Positions 1 through 8,660 of a DNA stretch of 24,578 bases are shown here, in pieces. The notes under the pieces are model-generated. The model was given only the letters and a program-made list of their open reading frames with translations, did no database searches and was not told the DNA's origin. The translations under genes were made by a program, and so were the position numbers. Numbering within the stretch: position 1 is the stretch's first letter; each line of letters opens with the position of its first letter. The DNA is from Octopus sinensis (lineage: Eukaryota): the NCBI RefSeq assembly GCF_006345805.1, contig NW_021836402.1, forward strand, positions 1 through 24,578. The letters run 5' to 3'.

Positions 1-117
1 ATGATGATAATGATAATGCTGCTGCTGATGACGATAATGATGATGATCATCATCATGATGATCATGATAATTCTAACTTTGGTACTAGGTTAGCAGTTTT
101 TTGGGGAGGGGGAGTCG

Positions 118-203
<86 letters not shown>
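1..203. repeat. Compound trinucleotide microsatellite: (ATG/GAT)n at 1-69 and (AAT)n at 121-203, separated by a short SINE-like fragment (~70-120)
   Basis: Repeats read directly. The 70-120 spacer (ggtactaggttagcagttttttggggaggggg) resembles the start of the degenerate SINE-like copy at 1541-1680. Confidence 0.9.
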
Positions 204-206
<3 letters not shown>

Positions 207-380
207 CTGGAAAACTACTATAAAATAACCACAATAGGACTGCAAAAATATCTACTTCAGAAGGAAGGAAAACTGATACAAAGCGGCAAAACACGAGCAA
301 AACAAAAAACTGTTCTCAGTATTTGGAAGCTGACAAATACAAACAAGAAATCATACCACCCTAACAAATATGAAAGAGAA

Positions 381-505
381 AAGAAGAAGAAGAAGAAGAA
401 GAAGAAGAAGAAGAAGAAGAAGAAAAGAAGAAGAAGAAGAAGAAGAAGAAGAAGAAAAGAAGAAGAAGAAGAAGAAGAAGAAGAAGAAGAAGAAGATGAT
501 GATGA
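381..505 (+). repeat. (GAA)n microsatellite inside the Dong coding region, ending in (GAT)3
   Basis: Direct reading; Dong-like coding sequence on both sides. Confidence 0.95.
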
Positions 506-563
506 AACACAACAAAGCTATAAAACAAATGAAATCCAAACTAAAAATAGAACAGCAACGACC

Positions 564-1322
564 ATGATAAAACGATGGCAAGAAAAGCCCCTTCATGGTA
601 AATACTGCACTAAACTAAACGCAAAAGAAATAGACAAAGAAAAATCCCAGCAATGGTTGAGAAGCTCAGGACTCAAAGCAGAGACAGAGGGATTTTTAAT
701 TGCAGCACAAGACCAAAGCCTCCCCACCAGAAATTACCAAAAACATTTAATGAAAAGAAATATTACAAGTAACTGCAGAATATGTGGAGATGAACAAGAA
801 ACAATAAATCATATTATCTCTAGCTGCCCAGTCCTGGCTAAGAAGGAATATATTCACAGACATGACAGAGTTGGAACCTACATATACTGGAAGCTATGCC
901 AACATTATGGAATAACAACAAAAAAAGATAGTATAGGCACACACCAGAAAAGGTTACAGAAAACGAGAAAGCAACCATACTCTGGGATATGCCAATACAC
1001 ACAGATAGATAAATTAAGGTCAACAGACCAGATATAGTTGTCAGAGATCATGAAGAAAAAAAATGCTTTCTAATTGATGTATCAATACCGGCTGATGACA
1101 ACGTGTCTCTAAAAGAAATGGAGAAACTCTCAAAATGCAAAGACCTGGAAATAGAGGTAACCAGAATGTGGAATCTAAAAACAGAAACAATTCCTATCAT
1201 AGTAGGTGCATTAGGCATGATAAAAAAATATTCAGACAAATACATAACAAAAACACCAGGACTTACAAACACATATAACATACAGAAAATTGCACTACTA
1301 GGCACTGCACACATCTACGCAG
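564..1322 (+). pseudogene. Frameshifted zinc-knuckle plus RLE endonuclease coding remnant of the Dong/R4 element
   Basis: ORFs 564-1037 and 1022/1103-1411 carry consecutive parts of one protein in different frames. Confidence 0.85.
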
Positions 1323-1437
1323 AACACTTCCATACAATAACCATCAGAGCATCACAACAATCACACAGCACATACCCAAGGCACACAGAGCTGCGCTCGG
1401 TAGTGAAGTGAAAGCACGCTATAAAATAAAACTACTG

Positions 1438-1470
1438 AATAATAATAATAATATAATAATAATGATGATG

Positions 1471-1525
<55 letters not shown>

Positions 1526-1540
1526 TGATGATGATGATAA
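1438..1540. repeat. (AAT)n/(GAT)n tract, the 3' tail or target of the Dong element
   Basis: Direct reading. Confidence 0.9.
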
Positions 1541-1680
1541 TTGTTTCTGGTTAAGGAGGAAAGCCAGCAGTTTTTAGAGGATGGGTTAAACCAATAACAC
1601 CAACTCTAGTAATTGATTGGTACTTAATTTTATCAACTTCAAAAGGATGAAATTTAACCTTAGTGAGGTTCGAATTCGAT
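1541..1680 (-). mobile_element. Degenerate SINE-like fragment (octopus-type high-copy repeat)
   Basis: tggtacttaattttatcaacttcaaaaggatgaaa...gaggttcgaattc resembles a recalled octopus SINE body; heavily diverged. Confidence 0.5.
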
Positions 1681-1702
1681 CAGTCAATCAATCAATGATA
1701 TT

Positions 1703-1720
1703 GACAACAACAACAACATC

Positions 1721-1752
<32 letters not shown>

Positions 1753-1983
1753 TGATGGTGATGATGATGGTGATGATGATGGTGATGATGATGATGATGA
1801 TGATGACGACGATGACGACGACGATGATGATGATGATGATGATGACGACAATAACGACGACGACGATGATGATGATGATGGTGGTGATGATGAAGATGAT
1901 GATGATGATGACGGTGATGGTGGTGATGGTGGTGATGATGAAGATGATGATGATGATGACTGTAGTGTTGGTTATGGTCATGG

Positions 1984-2019
<36 letters not shown>
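1703..2019. repeat. Compound (ACA)/(AAT)/(GAT)/(GAC)/(GGT) trinucleotide microsatellite
   Basis: Direct reading; explains ORFs 1617-2135 and 1688-1981. Confidence 0.95.
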
Positions 2020-2022
<3 letters not shown>

Positions 2023-2133
2023 ATTTGCCACAGGCGTATAAATTAATGGGGGACATCAAAACGACAGTCAACAATTTGTGTTGGGGTTTATGTGAAAGAG
2101 GAGTGGAAAGAAAGAGAGAAACTGAAATGAGAT

Positions 2134-3788
2134 AAAAACATACATAGAGTACACAAAGAATGAGAAAAAATGTATGATGCGGGTCCCCCGATACCAGAGA
2201 ACCTCTAATTTGGGTCATTCAAGGAATCCCACACACCTAGGATTACCCTAACCACCATGGTACAATGGGCCCTAACCCAACTGTTTTTCTTCAGTCTAAA
2301 AACATACATAGAGTACACAAAGATGGGGAAAAAATGTATGATGCGGGTCCCCCGATACCAGAGAACCTCTTAATTTGGGTCATTCAAGGAATCCCACACA
2401 GCTAGGATTACCCTAACCAAAGGTACAATGGCCCTAACCCAACTGTTTTTCTTCAGTCTAAAAACATACATAGAGTACACAAAGAATGGGGAAAAAATGT
2501 ATGATGCGGTCCCCCGATACCAGAGAACCTCTAATTTGGGTCATTCAAGGAATCCCACACACCTAGGATTACCCTAACCACCAATGGTACAATGGGCCCT
2601 AACCCAACTGTTTTTCTTCAGTCTAAAAACATACATAGAGTACACAAAGAATGAGAAAAAATGTATGATGCGGGTCCCCCGATACCAGAGAACCTCTAAT
2701 TTGGGTCATTCAAGGAATCCACACACCTAGGATTACCCTAACCACCAATGGTACAATGGGCCCAACCCAACTGTTTTTCTTCAGTCTAAAAAAATACATA
2801 GAGTACACAAAGAATGGGGAAAAAATGTATGATGCGGGTCCCCCGATACCAGAGAACCTCAATTTGGGTCATTCAAGGAATCCCACACACCTAGGATTAC
2901 CCTAACCACCAATGGTACAATGGGCCCTAACCCAACTGTTTTTCTTCAGTCTAAAAACATACATAGAGTACACAAAGAATGAGAAAAAAATGTATGATGC
3001 GGGTCCCCCGATACCAGAGAACCTCTAATTTGGGTCATTCAAGGAATCCCACACACCTAGGATTACCCTAACCACCAATGGTACAATGGGCCCTAACCCA
3101 ACTGTTTTTCTTCAGTCTAAAAACATACATAGAGTACACAAAGAATGAGAAAAAAATGTATGATGCGGGTCCCCCGATACCAGAGAACCTCTAATTTGGG
3201 TCATTCAAGGAATCCCACACACCTAGGATTACCCTAACCACCAATGGTACAATGGGCCCTAACCCAACTGTTTTTCTTCAGTCTAAAAACATACATAGAG
3301 TACACAAAGAATGAGAAAAAATGTATGATGCGGGTCCCCCGATACCAGAGAACCTCTAATTTGGGTCATTCAAGGAATCCCACACACCTAGGATTACCCT
3401 AACCACCAATGGTACAATGGGCCCTAACCCAACTGTTTTTCTTCAGTCTAAAAACATACATAGAGTACACAAAGAATGAGAAAAAAATGTATGATGCGGG
3501 TCCCCCGATACCAGAGAACCTCTAATTTGGGTCATTCAAGGAATCCCACACACCTAGGATTACCCTAACCACCAAAGGTACAATGGGCCCTAACCCAACT
3601 GTTTTTCTTCAGTCTAAAAACATACATAGAGTACACAAAGAATGGGGAAAAAATGTATGATGCGGGTCCCCCGATACCAGAGAACCTCTAATTTGGGTCA
3701 TTCAAGGAATCCCACACACCTAGGATTACCCTAACCACCAAAGGTACAATGGGCCCTAACGCAACTGTTTTTCTTCAGTCTAAAAACA
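2134..3788. repeat. Tandem array of 10 near-identical ~166-bp units (minisatellite/satellite)
   Basis: Unit starts (aaaaacatacatagagtacac) at 2134, 2298, 2460, 2625, 2788, 2953, 3119, 3285, 3450, 3616, with a truncated 11th at 3782. Consensus counted as 166 bp. Confidence 0.97.
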
Positions 3789-3860
3789 CAAGCTTTGAGT
3801 TGGTCCCTTCACCTTAATCATTATTTCCTCTGTCTCCCACCTTTTCACAAATTCTCTGGG

Positions 3861-4167
3861 AGAGAGAACGTTTCTCGGCATTCTTTCGATATAACTCGAC
3901 AAAATCAAAACATTTCACTTGGGGTATTTCCGTGGGTTGTGGAGTTTAGATATAACGAAATTATTCCAGCAATGTCTTATTTTAAACTTGAAGAAAAAAA
4001 AAAAAAGCCTTGCATATTTGTTCTTACCTGTTTCATGTGTGTAGGTAAAATCCGTAAATTTCCAAGCAGGAAAACAGAATCGAACTGTCATTTGCTTCCA
4101 CGGAAATACCCCAAGTGAAATGTTTTGATTTTGTCGAGTTATATCGAAAGAATTTCGGTTCCTCTCT
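3861..4167. mobile_element. MITE-like element with perfect 56-bp inverted repeats (3880-3935 / 4098-4153)
   Basis: attctttcgatataactcgacaaaatcaaaacatttcacttggggtatttccgtgg is the exact reverse complement of 4098-4153. Outer agagagaac / gttcctctct extends the arms imperfectly. No TSD identified. Confidence 0.8.
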
Positions 4168-4249
4168 ATCCTCATATTTCTTTTCAAGTGAAACTTAATA
4201 AAGTTGATGAGGTCTTGTCCAGCGCACAACAGCCACTTTTTATTTATGT

Positions 4250-4489
4250 ATGGACCCTTTAGGTACCTACTTTACTTCAGTGGACCCTCATAGCCATTCA
4301 ATGTTTTTAAAAATCCCATTATAGTTTTATAATTGAATATTATTAAGGACTGTATTAAAAAATTGTTAAAATGTGTATTAAAGAAGTACGACCAATTTAT
4401 TGTAGATAAATTTTAACAAAATCTTATATGGACCTTCAAGGGTCACATGAACCCCCAAGGGTTTTAGGAACCCCGGTTAAGGACCACTG
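4250..4489. mobile_element. Partial hAT (Charlie-like) MITE, one terminus only
   Basis: Ends ...ggaaccccggttaaggaccactg, matching the CAGTGGT...-type hAT terminus. AT-rich core with recurring ggacc motifs; the other end is not found. Confidence 0.5.
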
Positions 4490-5319
4490 TAGTAGAAAGA
4501 GGTACACCATCTGTCTTGCCTTGTTAAAATTGGATGGTGGGGTGATCCTCATGATGGACTCAACTGCTAATCGGAATTATCCTACATGTGACAACAGCTA
4601 TTTGACATGACTCCCTGAGCCAGTAACTCTCAAATGCATGATGTACAGTTTCATCACTCTACATGCATCTCAGGCAGAGCTGCCTAATGTCACTTCCGTG
4701 CCTATAGAGTTTATCTGAAATTGAGCAGGGATTTCTGGAAGTTAGGTATCAGGGGGCGGTCCCAAGTGTGGGGTCCTGAGGGGCACATGGACCCCACCCT
4801 CAAGAAAAAGGAGTGCGCCCTTCTAAATAATGTTACTGAACCCTTTTCTCCTGGAATTGTATACCCTTCTGACCTTGTACCATCCCTTCGCAATATTCCT
4901 GGGACCGCATCTGTGTATGGTAGTTTTGGGCCTGAAAGTCCTTCGAAACAGACCTGCTGGTTTGTCTTCATGGAAGCCCAAAATTGCTCCAAAAGTATCT
5001 ACCAAATGATAATAATCTGTTCTACTCGTTTTAGGTATTAGACAGTGGCCATCCTGGGGCACATTGTTTGAGAAACTACATTTTATTTTTCCCCCACTCT
5101 CTCATCCACTTTTTCTCTTTCTGTTTCATGTCCCTCTTCTTTATGGCCACTATTAAAACATGCCACTTTACTTTACCACTACCACCACCACCTTCATCAA
5201 TATTGCCTGTCCCTTCCAACCATCAACACACAGTCTCCTCCTCCACCACTACCACTACCATTACCACCATCACATCCTATTCCCACCTGTATGTAATAGC
5301 TTTGATTCACTACCTCATT

Positions 5320-6245
5320 ATTTTCTTTTGTGACCATTCACCACCACCACCACCACCACCACACCACCACCACCACCACCACCACCAACACCAACACAAC
5401 ACCACCACCACCACCACCACCATCACCACCACCACCACCACCACCACCACCCCCCCACCAACCACCACCAACACCACCACCACCACCACCACCACCACCA
5501 CCACCACCACCACCCCACCAACACCAACACCACCACCACCACACCACCACCACCATCACCACCACCACCACCACCACCACCACCACCACCAACAACCACC
5601 ACACACCACCACCACCACCACCACCACCACCACCACCACCACCACCACCAACAACCACACCACCACACCACCACCACCACCACCACCACCACCAACCACC
5701 ACCACCACCACCACCAACACACCACCAACACCACCACCACCACACCACCACCACCACCACCACCACCACCACCACCACCACCACCAACACCAACACCACC
5801 ACCACCACCACCACCACCACCACCACCACCACCACCACCACCACCACCACCACCACCAACACCACCAACACCACCACCACCACCACCACCACCACCACAC
5901 CAACACCACCACCACCACCACCACCACCACCACCACACCACCACCACCACCACCACCACCACACCACCACCACCACCACACCAACACACACCACCCCACA
6001 CCAACCACCACCACCACACCACCAACACCAACACCACCACCACCACCACCACCACCACCACCACCACACCATCACCACCACCACCACCACCACCACCACC
6101 ACCACCACCACCACCACCACCACCACCAACACCACCAACACCACCACCACCACCACCACCACCAACACCAACCACCACACCACCACCACCACCACCACCA
6201 CCACCACCAACAACAACACCAACACCACCACCACCACCACCACCG
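5320..6245. repeat. ~0.9-kb interrupted (CCA)n microsatellite, followed by (CA)n-rich sequence to ~6420
   Basis: Direct reading; explains all poly-T/P/H and poly-V/W/G ORFs between 5068 and 6612. Confidence 0.97.
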
Positions 6246-6836
6246 CACACACATGCACAAACAAACATACACACACACACAAAAACACACACGAACACAT
6301 ATACACGTAAACACATTCAAACACACACACACACACAAGCAATCAAACATACACACACACACACACGAACACACACATGAGCACACACAGATAGACAGGC
6401 ACACTCACACACGAACATATATATGTACAAATAGATATACATACATAAACAGAACAAAATGGCACGGGTATATCTATCTGTATATGTTAATCTGTGCGTT
6501 TTCTCTTAGTCCACCCCTCTCTCTCTCTCCTCTCTCTCTCTCTCTCCCTCTCTTTGCACTGCCCGTCTCTAACCATCCGCCCCACCCCTTCACTAATATT
6601 TGTTCATTATGACCACTTCTTTGGTAGGCTCAGAAATGGCAGCGGCAGCAGCAACAACAGTGGGGGTGGTCGTGGCAGGACCAGGGTGGCTGCCTTTATG
6701 TTACATATCGGTACAAAACTGGGTATGTAATGAGGAAAGGGTAGGTTAGTCACAGACGAGGGGTGGGGTCCTAGTGCACAGCGATTGCATGTGTTTGTGT
6801 AGCGAGGGAGGATAGGGTGGTGGAGGGGGGAGACCC

Positions 6837-6848
6837 CATCACCATCAC

Positions 6849-6882
<34 letters not shown>

Positions 6883-6925
6883 GTCATCATCATCATCATC
6901 ATCGTCATCATCATCGTCATCATCG

Positions 6926-6987
<62 letters not shown>

Positions 6988-7082
6988 GTCATCATCATCA
7001 TCATCATCATCATCGTCATCATCATCAACATCATCATCATCATCATCATCATCGTCATCATCGTCATCATCGTCATCGTCAT
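6837..7082. repeat. (CAT)n/(CGT) microsatellite
   Basis: Direct reading. Confidence 0.95.
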
Positions 7083-7104
7083 TGTTGTCTTTAGCAGCAG
7101 CAGA

Positions 7105-7245
7105 ATGTGACGCGCCTGGCCACCACCTGGCACGTCAGGTTCATTAGGGCGGGGTATGGGACTCGGTGTCCGCCAGGTGGCAGAACTGAAGTCTTCAATT
7201 ATTACTAAACACCACCATCCCCGCCCCGCCCCGCCCCGCCCTGCC
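7105..7245. promoter_or_regulatory. Candidate cis-regulatory GC-rich island: two CTCF-like motifs, GC boxes, TGACG half-sites
   Basis: CCGCCAGGTGGCAG (7170-7183, +); GTGCCAGGTGGTGGC (7119-7133, -); GGGCGGGG (7147-7154); (CCCCG)n (7219-7241); TGACG/CGTCA at ~7108 and ~7132. Motif match only. Confidence 0.35.
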
Positions 7246-7389
7246 ACCCAAAGGAGCGTCCAAGCAAACCATGGAACCTGGAAAACAGTTATAGTTATTA
7301 CATGTTGACACTTTGTCCATATCACACACACACACACAAGTGGTGTTTGTATGTGTACCTTTATGAAAGCTCAAATAAGGTGTCTTGTG

Positions 7390-7640
7390 GAATGCGTATG
7401 CGTGTGTGCGTGCGCGCGAGTGTGTGTGTGTGTGTGTATATATGCTCGTATGCATATATATACATGTATATATAGTTATATATATATGTATATGTATAAA
7501 TGTATATGTATATATATGTATATATGTATATATATATATTTATGTATATGTATATATATATTTAGGTTTTTATATATACATATATATGCATGTGTCTGTG
7601 TGTGAGTGCGTATATATATATATATATATATATATATACG
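7390..7640. repeat. (GT)n/(TA)n dinucleotide microsatellite
   Basis: Direct reading. Confidence 0.9.
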
Positions 7641-8284
7641 CACTCACACCCACACATGCACCCACAGAGTGAAACTGTGTGCTTAAATTATTGACGACTC
7701 CACCACCATCATCATCACCATCACCATCGCCACAACCACCACTTCACCTCCACCTCCATCGTATCATTGTCTCTATCCTCCTCCTCCTCCTCCTCCTCCT
7801 CCACCCTCTCCTCTTCCTCCTCCTCCTGCGTTCCAATCAGTCGACCTCATTGTGCAGCAAATGTTTTTCTGTATTTTTTTTTGTTTGTTTGTTCATTTTT
7901 TGTTTGGGGTTTTTTTTCGGTTCGATCCACGCGGGGCGGTGGGGGGGGGGGAGAGGAGCAGAGTAGTAGGTTAAGTACTTGTCTAGGCAAGGTTGCGTGG
8001 TTCCTCTCTGAGTTCTTTGTGTGCTCCCGTCCTCAATAAACAAAACAGTTTGTTAGTTAGGGCCATCACTGAAACCCCGACTGTTGATCACGATCTATTG
8101 ATCGAATCACTTCCTTCCTTCTTTATTGTCTTTCTTTCATTTTGCTTTTTGTTTCTCTTTTGTTGTTATTATGGTTTTTGTTTGTGTGTGTTTGGAGGGG
8201 GGGGGCGATTTGTTTTCTAGTTCCTCCCCAGGGAGCCCACGTTGGTTTGAATACAATTGTTCCGGTAGAAGTCTGTCTATGTGT

Positions 8285-8660
8285 GTGTATGTATGTACGT
8301 ATTGAGATATTATGTATGTATGTATTTATGTATGTATGCATGTATGTATGCATGTATGCATGTATGTATGTATGTATGCAGGCATGCATGCATGTATGTA
8401 TGTATGCATGTATGTATGTATGCATGCATGTAGGTATGTATGTATGAATTGGTGTATGTAATTATGTATGCGTGTATGTATGTATGCATGTATGTATATA
8501 TGTATGCATGTATGCATATATGTATGTATGTATGCATGTATATATGTATGCATGCATGTAGGTATGTATGTATGTATGTATGAATGTATATATGTATGTA
8601 TGTATGAATGTATGTGTGTATGTATGTATGTATGTATGTATGTATATATGTATATATATA
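8285..8660. repeat. (TATG)n/(CATG) tetranucleotide microsatellite
   Basis: Direct reading; source of the MYV/HTYI ORFs. Confidence 0.95.

Larger units (their letters stand above)
204..1440 (+). mobile_element. 5'-truncated R4/Dong-clade non-LTR retrotransposon (post-RT region, CCHC zinc knuckle, restriction-like endonuclease, 3' UTR)
   Basis: Starts QLENYYKITTIGLQKYL (204). ORF 564-1037 has WQEKPLHGKY, AETEGFLIAAQDQ and CRICGDEQETINHIISSC (C-x2-C-x8-H-x4-C). Frame from 1022 reads NRPDIVVRDHEEKKCFLIDVSIPADDNVSLKEMEKLSKCKDLEIE...IPIIVGALG, a PD-(D/E)xK RLE. Several frameshifts; ends in (AAT)n. Confidence 0.9.

Noticed and set aside
2134-3788. 166-bp array as a CRISPR array
   Set aside because: Whole units are near-identical with no unique spacers, there are no cas genes, and the context is eukaryotic.
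2134-3788. 166-bp array as a retrozyme/hammerhead satellite (CTGAAGA occurs on the minus strand of each unit)
   Set aside because: No stem II followed by a separate GAAA; the only GAAA overlaps the CTGAAGA itself.
3795-4229. ORFs 3795-4118 (+) and 3915-4229 (-) sharing SFDITRQNQNISLGVFPW
   Set aside because: The shared peptide is just the 56-bp inverted repeat read on each strand.
5068-6612. 514-aa ORF and other long His/Thr/Pro-, Met-, Val/Gly- or Tyr/Ile-rich ORFs (also 15299-16249, 15407-16072, 18386-18952)
   Set aside because: They are translations of (CCA)n, (GAT)n, (TACA)n and (CA)n repeats, which lack stops in several frames; no domain signal.
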